From contig NIVC01001472.1 in assembly GCA_002269645.1 (NCBI GenBank), positions 124,001-188,000 of the forward strand: DNA of 64,000 nt, given 5' to 3'. This document shows, piece after piece, positions 25,801 to 37,488 of this stretch. Source of the DNA: Macrostomum lignano. Its lineage: Eukaryota. The position numbers were made by a program, and so were the translations under genes. How positions within the stretch are numbered: the stretch's first letter is position 1; every line of letters starts with the position of its first letter. The notes beneath the pieces are model-generated. The model saw only the letters and a program-made list of their open reading frames with translations. It did not search any database and was not told the origin of the DNA.

Positions 25801-26296
25801 GGGACATTAAAACTACCGGCTGTTTAAGAAATGCATACTGGTACTCCAGTTGTCTGCTGGCCTATGACTCCTCGGTACTTCTATGAGCCTCTACGCCGTG
25901 TACGCCATGGAATAGTAATGCTCTCCAGCTCTGCATGTATGCCCCCCAATTCGCATTTCGCCCTCGCCCTCAACACGCCAGCAAAGCCGCAGACTTCTTG
26001 CGCCGATCAGACGGTGCAATTATCTTGCAGCGCAATCTTGTTGCCGCTCGCACGGACGCGCTGGGAAGGCAAGTTCCCATTTCCCATGGTTCCCAATCCT
26101 AACCGGTCCAGTCAGCCGCGTCTTTGTCTCATTGGCTGAGGCCCGACAGGCCGGCGGGATAATTACCGGGGCGGAACCCCTTAATACCGCGTTACTCCCC
26201 GCATCCGCGATTCCCGCTTTCTGTTCGCAGATAGCAGCTACCTCCGCGCCTCTCAAAGCTGGTGGCCAGACTACACTGCACAGACAGACTGCAGAC

Positions 26297-29200
26297 ATGA
26301 AAGCCACTCTACCGCCAATGTTTCAATTGCTGTTGCCGTTGCTACTGCTGCTGGACTCGCCAGCACGGCTGTCTGCTGGTCGCTCGCAGCTGCCGCTGGG
26401 ACTGACTCAGACGGTGCTGCAACACCGGAAGGTGATCGACATTCAAGACGCGATGGACAGGCAGCTGCTGTACACTCTAGCCACGACTCGGTGAGATAAA
26501 CTGAGACTGGCTTTGCCGTGCATGCGACAATTGGGAAAAGTAGCACTTCGCGAATTTTTTCAAATTGATTGTAAACAGGGATGATTTGAAGATGCACGCA
26601 AGTACAGGAGTTTTGCTACAAAAACAAGTCAATTAGAAAATATGTCTGGGAACTAATTAGATAAAATTCGCATCAAGCTTATTTTGACGTAGACTATGAG
26701 ATATAAGCATCGCAGATTTTAAATTCGCGCCAAGCTATGAACTATCATGGATTTCAAATTCGTGCCAAATCCTGAACAGTGGCTTACCATGCAATCAGCC
26801 CGTTTTTAATCTTCGCATTATAAACTTCCACGAGATTTTTTGTGTTCTTTAGAAGGCGACTTCTAAAATCATAAAATTTCTATGAAAATTAGACTTCTTT
26901 ACAATATCTGACGGTGTTGTTGAGATTAAAACAAATGCGTCACACGTTTGTTTTCATCCAGTCCACCCATCCCAGCTTCTACCACTTTTTTCCCATGAAA
27001 AATTGGCTTTGCAAAGAAGCAGCTTCCAGGCCTGTCCCCCTATTTAAAGTGCATATCCTTGGGCTAAAATCGCCTTTTTTTAAGAGTCGAGCCGCGTTAC
27101 AAAGCGAGAAATTTTCTGGTCCGCGCGACAGAAAACAAGGCCCGCCGCCTGTAGTCTGAGCGGAGGACAGAATAAGGTTATAATAGAGAGGATGAGCCTG
27201 TGGGATATTGGGACGAAGAAATAGGATAAAGCGATATTCGTCATTTTTTCTACTTGAAGCTGGGCCGGCGGTAGTCGCGACCCCGTCGGTTGACTGACGC
27301 TGCGGCGTCACATGACGCAGGTAAATCTCCCCTGCCCCATCGGGATAACTGACATTCGCTAACCATAGCCCCCCTAATGTTGCCTATCCAGGCACGAATA
27401 CGGAACAGCGGTTCGGCCGCCGTCTTGTCAGTGCAAATTTACCAGCCCAACGGTCGTTTCTTGACCTATCTATCTCTCTTTTCTCTTTAATCTTTTCGAA
27501 TTTTACCGCCGCAGCCGCCGCCACTTGAATGGGCGCCTAAATTTGGTGGCAAAACTGTGTAATATGTATATAGCTGCGGTAGACTTTCTGCAGCAGAACA
27601 AATCGGCTAGAGTGTCCGTTCAGATGTTCAAAGTCTGAACCCTTTGTTTCCCTCCTACCCCCTCATGTAGCTCCCGCAGCTGGGAGGCGTCTGTCTGCAG
27701 TCGTGGAATCAGTGGGACATGGAGGCATTTTTCCGTCTGTTGGTCAAGGGGCCAAGCTGGGACCCGATTGCTGGAGCAAAAATGAATACAGATTAGTAGA
27801 TTTCAGACTCTGTAGGGACAGACAGAGAGACAGACGACCTGCGTCGAATCTTGTCTATTTCGTGTATACAATGTTCAGGGTGCCCCTCCAAGCCAGGATG
27901 GAAAAGTGCAGTCGGCCCAATGCAACTGTCCCCGAAACTGGTCCTCGACCCTCGACTTGCACCCTCGACTTGCTGGTTAGCAGGTGCAGTCGTTTTGATG
28001 CCGTATGAAAGTTAGGGCGTCCCCTAATAATCTTTTCTCGAACTGCGAAACTTTTCTCCATGGTTTTTTTTTCAATGCGACGTTTACCCTTGAACGTGCA
28101 ACGAATGTTGTCCATCCGCGCCCGCTCTGGGACCGGTTCAGCAGCTCCTGTTGCACTAATCTGTCTCTGATTTTGCTCGAATCAGCAGGACAATTATATT
28201 CTACGTTTTGCATAATGCTGCCTCGCTTGGTTGGTTTCTGATATGTTTTGTCTGATTCATGTGTGTTTATCGGTTGGTTTCCGATCCGTTTTGTCTGATT
28301 CATGTGTGTTTATCGGTTGGTTTCTGATATGTTTTGTCTGATTTATGTTTGTTTATCGGTTGGTTTCTGATATGTTTTGTCTGATTTATGTTTGTTTATC
28401 GGTTGGTTTCTGATATGTTTTGTCTGATTTATGTTTGTTTATCGGTTGGTTTCCGATCCGTTTTGTCTGATTCATGTGTGTTTATCGGTTGGTTTCCGAT
28501 CCGTTTTGTCTGATTCATGTGTGTTTATCGGTTGGTTTCCGATCCGTTTTGTCTGATTCATGTGTGTTTATCGGTTGGTTTCCGATCCGTTTTGTCTGAT
28601 TCATGTGTGTTTATCGGTTGGTTTCCGATCCGTTTTGTCTGATTCATGTGTGTTTATCGGTTGGTTTAAAGTTAGTAAGATACAAGTTTGTTAGAACCAG
28701 ACGTAATTTCTTATCAATTTATGCTGTCCATCTTTTTCAACAGTTTCCTTGCTTCGGTGCCACCTGTACTTTCTCTTAATTTCATCTTGTTTGTCCGCCC
28801 GTCTACCTTTTCTTTTTCCAATTTACCTGTTCTTTTGCATGTTTCTTTTCCATGACATTCTGTCCTTTTCCGGTCTGTACCCGAGCTCCGAATAAAAAAG
28901 CAGAGAAAAAACACGGTGGCATACAATGCTTCCAGTGCAAGCGGGCAACGGCGATCCGAACCATCTTTTAACGATACTGGGCTTCAAATTGCTGCAGTCT
29001 TGCCTCTATCGATTCTACCGGTGCCTCCAACCACTGGCTGATTTGCTTAATTTAGGGTTGCTGCAGCCCCTGCACCTGCAGATATATAGCGGCGCGGATC
29101 TAGGGCAGCGGCCTGAAAAGGGAAAAATAAGACGGCGAAGGAACTTGAAGTTAGTGCACTGATAACCAGGGGAGAAATATCCCACACCGTTGGCGGTATC

Positions 29201-32200
29201 CTCTGCCTCTCTCTCTCCAGGAAGGTGTCGATAGCCCGCTGATTAGAGAGGCTGGGGGGCGGACACGCCAAGGTCCATATAATAGAGTGCGCGCACCCCA
29301 CACAAATATCAAGGATCCCATAGCGAGCAGCAGTTCGTATTCGGAACGCTGCACCGATTGAAGGTCGAACTTCTACGGGCGGAGGGTCCGGTGAGGGGCG
29401 CCCGCATAGTACCGATATAGCCGGAGACGGCCTGCATTGCATTGGTATTCGAATCCGAATCGCGTTTTTGCATTTCTGGCGCGATGATAAACAGCGGCGG
29501 TGGCAGGTGCTATAAATAGAAAAGAACGGGTGCAATTGGAGTAAGTCGGAAGTTATTATCTGTCTAGGATGTCGAGAAGGGGAAGCAAGACAATTGTGTA
29601 CCGACTGGGCGAGATTACCTGCCCGCTTCGCATCACGAGGACAGGTATATATAGATTAAGATCTGGCGGTATGTGAAACAAACGGAAAAGAAGCAAAATA
29701 TAATTGCATAATTTGCCTGTGGCTCGAAATTGCTTGGCACAGCAAATAAACGAAATTGTACCGAGGCGTGGGCCCTCCGCCAATATAATTACCGTTTGCT
29801 TACGTCAGCTCGACTGGGTTCAGCCAGGGGTGGGCGGTAATAAGCTAGTGTCTGTGGTAACTAACAGCTAAGGCTAAAGTACCGGCGGAAAACTTGTGTT
29901 TCTAGCTCCTGTTAATTAGTAAACCGAGCCGCATACACCAATGACATTCGAGGCGGAATACCTGGGATTTGTTGGGCAGGATCAGAGGAATATTAGTGTT
30001 GACGTTTCGCTTCACCAATAGCCGTCTTTGGTGCAGTTAGTTCATTGTAGTTCACTGGGTGCTCGGTGTGTGCGGTTCTGAAGGAGATGGATGAAGCTAT
30101 AGGCAGAGATGCAGCTTAAACTACACCTGATAATTCAAGGTCATGAGCGAGCTTGATATTTTTTGCCACTCTAAAAATGCATTAGGGTTTTATTTTTTGA
30201 AATTATTATCCTGAGTTTTAAGAAGCCACGGCAAAGTACGCACCAGCAAAAGTAACTAATACCAACCCGCGGATCACGTATCTACAGTCACGAGCAGTTT
30301 GTCTTCCAAAGCTCGAGCAATCTGCCAACCAACCTATTCGCCACTGTTGTGCCCTGTCTGTCGCCTGTGGAGTTCGAGTTCCGCAAACTAGCTGGACCGC
30401 GCTCTCGGCCGATGAAGTTGCGCTCGTTGGAAGCTGATTACTACCGGCCTCCCGGCGAAAGTGAGCACCTTGATTGATCAGCCTGTACTGTACTTGAAAC
30501 CCTCTTCTTGAAACCATTTCTTAAATCAATCGAACAAAACCGTCACTGCAGACTTGGCCGTCCGGGACAATCACCAGCTAGTCAGTCGGTACAGCGCCAC
30601 TCATCGTCTGGAGACCAGTGGCACCCAGTCGCTCAGCATGCGCCTCGGCGCGTTCGGCAATGCTACAAAAAGACTGCAACGCCTGGGCAGCACCAAAGTG
30701 CTCATCAAGCTGTCCACGCGGTACCCCAGCATCGAGCTTGGCACAAGCCGCTATAACCTGCAGGTCTGCGATCCGGGAGGTCGCGGAGGTAATAGCGCCT
30801 CGCCGCAGCAGATCCGGATTCGCGTCAGCCACATGATGGCTGCGGCGCGTCAGCTGCATAACCAAATGTACGTGTGCGTTGTTGTGAACTCTATCCGGCC
30901 ACTGCACCAGTACTGTTCAGCCCAGATCGCTCTTGCTGGTGCTCTGCCCCATCCGCACGAGGGTCTGCTTGACGGCACCAAGCGATACGCTTTGCCAATC
31001 GGCTCCTACGCCTACAACTGCACTAGCTATGCCAGCCTGTATCGCCAAGACCCTCTTGTAAACGTGTCTCGCCTGCTAGAGAGCCGCGATCCAAGTGTTC
31101 TCTATGTAAACGCCTACCTGGTCTGGCCAGGTTCCGGTGAGTGTAACTTGGGTTACTTTGGCGTTGCAGCATTGGCTGCAGTTTACTACATGCCTGCATA
31201 GAATTACTATCGACGCTTACAACATAATTATCAAAAAATCGACTGTAAGAATTTAGCTTCTTAGCCAAGAGATTAACCAGGACAATTAAGACTCAGCAAA
31301 TTCGAACTCCTACCTCCAGATGGCCAAGCCGAGTCAGTAGCATGGCATACGTCAATGCTACACCGGAAAGACCCCCAAACTGGAATCCGCCAGCCGTTTG
31401 TCTCCTGCTCACAGCAATACTACGTGGAATCCTCAACGGACCTCCTGCCCGTGCCAGGAACCGACAACGGTGTGTACGAAGCTACAGTTTCAGTTCAGAT
31501 GCCACCAAACACGTCGCTGTTGGTCCGGCCGTCTCGCCTGGACATGGTGGGCTCGGCCTACAGAGTTGAAATCACGCCTTACAGCGGCCAGTCAGACTCT
31601 TTCGCCATCAATGCCGCCAACTATAGCTGCAACGATTCCGTGTGGCCGTATGGCGGCGTGGCCTGCGGCCGGGACCTGTTGCACATGTGCCTAACAGGCG
31701 ACAGCGAGGCCTGTCGCTATGACAGCATCCGTCTGCTTATTAGACTCGAGCACAAGATCAAGGACCAAGGCCAGCCGGGCCAGGGGCCCATCAGACATCG
31801 GAGAGCCAGTAGGTTGCCTTCAATTCTCGGATTTTTTTAGTTTGTAAAGTTTATAAGGCCATGGTACGCAACTGGGATATCAACTTAAGCTACGGAACTA
31901 GAGACACTGGGAGCACAAGGAAGGGACCTGGGTGGGATGTCTCGGAGTTTCTAGTCAGCTGTTCCGACCTGAAAAGTTATCGATTGCAGTCGGTTTGGTC
32001 CTTAGCTTTGCTTCGGGCTGAAGCTTAAGTTGACATCCCCTTTCGCGAGCAGGCATAAGCGGAATTTTGTATCAACATGTCTCATTTACAGATGCGGAAA
32101 GTTGGACTACGAAGCCCCGACAGTTCCAGTGGCAGTTTGTCCATTTGGCCAACACGGAACGCCCGGACATTGTGCAGCCACGAATCGGACGGGTTGACGA

Positions 32201-33237
32201 AGCTATCAACTTGCTATGGGAACTGTACAATAGCGTTGAAAATATGAAAGTCCTAAGGAGTCCTGACGCTTATGGACCTCAGGTGAGCGTTTCTACCTCG
32301 CTTCATCTTGGTAACGTAAGAATAAATAAAAAATCCTTAAGTCAGTCAATAAGCAAAATGGCTAATAAATAATCACTTCACACTTCAGAGTCAACGCCGC
32401 GAGAGAGCTGCGAGGGCGTGCGAACTGACGCTGAAGCAACGCGAGTTTCGCCGTTCCAGCAAACGGCTAGTGAAGGAGACAGCCAAGTGCTACAAGAAGC
32501 TGCTGCAGCTGCACATGCACGTGCAGCACCACAGCAGAACCAATGTGCCATTTCTAGTGCAGATTGCTTCACCCAGAACGGCAAATTTGGTGGCACACTA
32601 CACTGCATCTTCCAATGGCTACATCTGTTTGGTGTTTGAGCTGGGCCTTGTCCAGAGCTTGCAGAATCGCATCAGTAAAATGAGACTTAGAAGTAGACTA
32701 TATCAGTTCAAAAAAGCATACAAGAGAATAGTACGGGACGTAGAGACTCGACTGCTGTCTACTGTTTCAACTATTGACCTTCCAAGCAACAAGAACCAAG
32801 GCTTCGGAACCAACGCCTCTGAAAAGTCAATCAGAAAGATTAGACACCTTGAAAAGGACGAACCAGTTGAATTTATGAAATTAATCTATGAAAATCGGAG
32901 TGCGCCTGGAAACTACGACCAGAAATTTCTTCCGACAATAAGCAACGACAGTCTGAACAAAGTTGACCCGAACGGTAGCCGGATGTTTGCCATTTACATC
33001 TACGCTGTGCCCAGCGAGAGGCTCCGCCAGGCTGCCCTGTCTTTATTCGCGTTTCGGGTGTACACTCTGGACGAAGAGCAGCGAGTCAATAACAACTACA
33101 ACGAACTTCGCAAAGAGTATAGACAGCAGAAGAGGCGAAGGGCAAAAAGGCGGCGCCAAGAGAAGCGGAACCGACGGCGTCAGAAGCAGCGGAAGCAGCG
33201 GCAGAGGAAGAGGCGGAGACAACAAAGGCATTGGTAA
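26297..33237 (+). CDS. NDNF: Secreted NDNF/Nord-like protein (signal peptide, NDNF/FN3-type modules, polybasic C-tail), ~826 aa
   Basis: join 26297..26490, 30288..30460, 30552..31136, 31320..31808, 32092..32282, 32389..33237 = 2481 nt, one open frame, all GT-AG. Signal peptide MKATLPPMFQLLLPLLLLLD. LFATVVPCLSPVEFEF and YVCVVVNSIRPLHQYCSA resemble human NDNF LSVTVTPCDAPLEWKL and YCVVINKEHNFKSLCAV (recalled from memory, not searched). The exon model is firmer than the family call. Confidence 0.7.
28235..28667. repeat. 43-bp tandem array (CCGATCCGTTTTGTCTGATTCATGTGTGTTTATCGGTTGGTTT)n in NDNF-like intron 1
   Basis: About 10 copies; CCGTTTTG at 28501 and 28544. Confidence 0.93.
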
Positions 33238-34129
33238 AAAAGAAGAGTTTGACCGCAAGCGGGGACTGCAACTATTTGCTCGTATTATGATATTTTGCTC
33301 GTATTATGCGAATGGTAGGCCCTCTGCTTGCATAGACAATCGAACTGTTATGCCTATGGTTTTAAATGCCTATGAATCATAATTCATCCTGACTACGCTC
33401 GTAGAAACGTAGTTAGACGTAAGATTTAATGGTCACGGTCTAGAACAGGGTCTACAACGCATGTTGAAGCCTTTTAGTTTTGGGTTTTAAGCAAATTTTC
33501 CGATTCCGAAAAATTAAAAGACATGAAACTAAAGGAACTTAATAAGCTCCTAGATTGCTGCTAAATATTAGCAGCTTAATGAGATCTTAAATCGGCAAGC
33601 AGCGGTCAAAAACATCATGCTCATTTTTAGTTTTTTTCTCATTTTAAGTTCTATAGTTTCCTTTTGCGCTTTGTTTCTATGCACACATCTCTAAGCGTCA
33701 GTCCATAACTCGGTGCTTCCTTTTATCACGACCTCATCACATTTGACCTACCCTGTCTACGCGCTCACGAAACCTCAGATTGTGTCCTCAAAAGACGCGC
33801 TGCTTTATGCTTGTTGCGCTGCACTGCTCCCCATTCATGCCTGATGTGTTCCAAACTGTTTTATTTTCGATCTCGTGCAAGTTTTATTGGAATTTTTGTA
33901 AGTTTATTTTGTAATCACCATGCGAGAATAAATGACTGCTGCAATACGTGTAAGAAATCTAGGATGTCAAATAGCCATCATTAATTAAACTTACCTTCGC
34001 CTAAGTCAATACCTCTACCGAAGTCCACCAGCTACCAGTAGCCGTAAAAATTCCATCTATAGTACTCGTCAATAGTAAACTCCGCTTTTCTTTAGTCATA
34101 CAACAAATACCATTCTGTCAGTTTATATG

Positions 34130-34345
34130 TACCCCTCGGCGAATCTAATGTCTCTCAGTTTATCTGATACCCCTCGATTCATCTAATGCCTCTCGTTTCA
34201 GCTAATACCCTCAGTTGATGTAACACCCCCTCTGTTGATCTGATACCCCCTGTTTCATATAATACCCCTCGGCTTATTTAATACCCTCGTATCTAACCTA
34301 ACACCCTCGGTTCATTTAATACCCCCGAGTTTATCTAATACCCCT
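34130..34345. repeat. Degenerate ~26-bp array (TACCCCTCGG...TCTAA)
   Basis: Repeated TACCCC/CACCCC cores at roughly 26-bp spacing. Confidence 0.6.
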
Positions 34346-37199
34346 TTGAAAACCCGACAACTTAACTTCAGATTCTTGACTCAGTCAAATTTGTCATATT
34401 TAAATTCGTAATTATAAATAGGCTTATCAAGTATTGGCTCACGGTTTTACGGTATATTTACGGTAGATACAGTTCAATGCTAACCATAAACATGGCGTTT
34501 AGTGAATTCAGTTTTGCAATAATACGTACTTTTGTTATCGTACTGTACCATACGGTATTACAGTATTTTTTGCTATCTAATCTGCGAAAAAGACGTCTTA
34601 TATAAGCACATTAAATTTCGATGTTAATTTCCATGCTGAAATCTGCCTCAAAAACGTTTTCAAATCTTGCGAACCTCATTTTACCATTTATTATTTCACA
34701 GCTGTTTCGCGTTCTGTTGGTTCGTTTGTTACGCTCGACTCGCATCTGCGCAACTTTTTAATCGCGTCTCCAAATTTTCAATTTGAAGAATCGATCGATC
34801 GCCTTTTTATTTTAATTTTTCTTGGCGCCGCGCGCGCGTATTCAAACGGCCTACCGTGGAGAACAACTCGGCATTTAAATTCGTTCGCCCCGATTAACAA
34901 ATATCGATTTGATCGCATGAACAGACTGAGATGCGGTTTTTATTATAATCTGCTCCTGCTGCAAACTGATTTTTAATGCTCCCCTCGTACCAGCAACCTT
35001 TTAATGCTATAAATGAGTGCAGCGATTTTTTTAAGCAAAAATATATGCCTTTTTATGCAAATCACCTATGTCAGTAACTATATTATCTTGCATTAAATAA
35101 ATTATTGAATGAATTATTAATTTATTATTTAATTAAATGGGTGTACATGTATTATTCACTCACACAGTAGGCTCATACATGTTTCTTAAATTTTCGCAAA
35201 CCGGCACAAATAGCCAAGTCCACGATGATAAACTTTAATGCTAGGAAGCTGTCATGGTACTAGATAAAAATGTTTTTAAACTTGTTTCACTCAAAGCATT
35301 CCATGGCAGTGCAAATTAGAAAAAAACAGAATTCACGAGTAAAGCAATTAAGATTCCATTTGTTTTTTGGGCCTACTGTCAGTAGAAACGATAGACAATG
35401 CGATAGCGATATTTACGAAATGTATAATTTCCAAATTTGTGATTTTCCACTGAAGATTATTCTAATCTTAGACCGACACCGACAGTACAGTGTAGGTGTT
35501 GGCGTAGCCCATAACAGTTTATTCCGTGATATCTTATTACCTTTACTACTTTCTATTTCTATGTGAACTTGAACCTTGATTCTGTGGAAAAAAAACTGTA
35601 TGATTTCTGTTCGACCTAGGTCCTAGAGAATACAAAATCCTAAGTTGAAAGTTTCTAAACTTTGTTGGTGCAATTTTGGTTTACGAAGCTATCTAACCTG
35701 GTTTTAAAGGGCTTTTAATGATAAAAGTACAACAGAATAAATATTTTGCAAACAAGAAACCGAGGGTGAGCTCCGCATTGGAGTGTGATGTACCGGCTGG
35801 CGTAATAGTCGTGCTTTTTTACATGCCAGTTTCAGCTCGGGAAAATCACATTTGATTGTGATGTAACCTGGGCAATGATAGCTAGCTTAACAGAGCTATG
35901 GCCCGAGGTACCAGGGTAGAAAGGGGATCAGACCTCACCCTCCCAGGTGCACCCGCCCTAGATGGAAAATTGGTAGCTTCGGCTTGGGTTGTGGTCCGAT
36001 AGCAAGGTCCCACTATTCTAATCCCAACTACGGCCAAGGAGTTCTGAAGGTATGTAGGGACTAGTTATACATTATTGCACCTTAAAAATCTCCTTACGAC
36101 CTGCTACTGCAACAGCTTCTGTTTTGCATCCCTGCAGCCCTAGCCTTCTACTCACTAGCCTGCATGCTTAAAAGATTAAGAAATCGAAGTAGGACAACTG
36201 GGTTATATTTTCACCTAAAGTACGGGTGAGTCACCATGGATTTTATTGTGGGGGGGGGGCAAAGCCAAGAATTCAACATGTACATGACTAAATTCCTACA
36301 TTTCCATTATTTTGAGAATCGTGTTTGTCAGCGCTCCTTTTGGCGCCGCAGGCACTCCTTTTAGCGCCGCAGGCATTCTTTTAGCGCCGCAGGCACTCAT
36401 TTTGGCGCTTGCGGCAAATTATTGATTACCACAACGGGTCACAAGATGGGGTGGGGGACAAAGCATGGCGTGCCCCCCCATAGCTTTTACTGGAGGGGAC
36501 ATGTACCCCCTGCCCCCCTATGGCGACGCGCCTGTGGAACTCGAGAATGAATGATTGAATTATTGCAAAGCGGGTTTGGGATTCCGATGGTCAATCCCGG
36601 GATTTTCGAACTCCGGGATTTGAGCCTTTCCAGGATTCCGGGATTGTATTATTCCCTAGAACCCTCCCAGAGGGTCATGATCCGCATTCCGAATGGAACA
36701 TTGAGAAAAATACAATTACCTGTGTCAAATTTCGAGGAAGAGCAGAACTTTTCTCAATTGCGGATCCAGGGGAGTAAAGGGGTCAGCTGACCCTTCCGGG
36801 ACGAAAATCCTAGATTCGCCCCTGGCCGTATGAATCTGTTATAATAGCGTTACTATTATTACATCGTATAGGATGGTTCGAAAGACTATTAGAGCTGAGA
36901 AAGGCATGTACAAAAACATTAGTAAATCTTGTAATGGAAAACGTCGAACTTTGTTTGCCTTGTGTTGTAAGATTTCATAATTGAATGTCTTCTTTATAAA
37001 GCTAAAAAATGGCTATACTTACTGTAAATGTATAATTTTTACATCAAGGAAATAATACGAAACTAAACTGAGACAAGGCCTTTATGCTTCAACTGCCAAT
37101 CTGCCATAATCATGGGATGATTGTGAGTCACTGCCGCCCGGCGCCCAGGAAACGGGCGGAGGGGGTGCAGGAGGTAAGGAAAAGGCAGGCGGGGCGGGT

Positions 37200-37263
37200 C
37201 TAAAAATAGACACTTCACCGAGCACAGCCCGGCGTATTGTAGAGAAAGCCAGTCTAAAAATAG
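37200..37263 (+). promoter_or_regulatory. Two MEF2-consensus sites (CTAAAAATAG) in the Hsp90 promoter
   Basis: Identical CTAAAAATAG at 37200..37209 and 37254..37263 matching CTA(A/T)4TAG; GC box GGGGCGGG just upstream. Function is inferred. Confidence 0.45.
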
Positions 37264-37280
37264 AAAAGCAGCGGGTTTCC

Positions 37281-37314
37281 CTTCTAGAATTCTGATTCTA
37301 GAATATTCTAGAAT
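37281..37314 (+). promoter_or_regulatory. Heat-shock element array
   Basis: Four perfect alternating pentamers aTTCt aGAAt aTTCt aGAAt (37295..37314) plus cTTCt aGAAt (37281..37290), ~40 bp upstream of the TATA box of Hsp90. Confidence 0.9.
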
Positions 37315-37353
37315 AAAAAGAGAATCCATGGATTTCCAAGCCCGCACCAAAGC

Positions 37354-37360
37354 TATATAA
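37354..37360 (+). promoter_or_regulatory. TATA box of Hsp90
   Basis: TATATAA between the HSEs and the ATG at 37489. Confidence 0.8.
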
Positions 37361-37488
37361 GCAGCCAATTCGCGGCCCGCTCGGAGCCTTACTGAAATTC
37401 TTACTCTGAAGCTGTTCACAGTGCGCACTCAAGCGTTAGCATTTGTATTTAATATTAAAACCGTATCAGAAGCTGCAGAGACAACAGA

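Noticed and set aside
3463-28667. Regular 33-43-bp repeats superficially like CRISPR arrays
   Set aside because: Head-to-tail with no unique spacers, no cas genes, eukaryotic context.
35760-36060. GC-richer island checked for snRNA, SRP or SL RNA
   Set aside because: No recognisable Sm site, SRP core or leader sequence.
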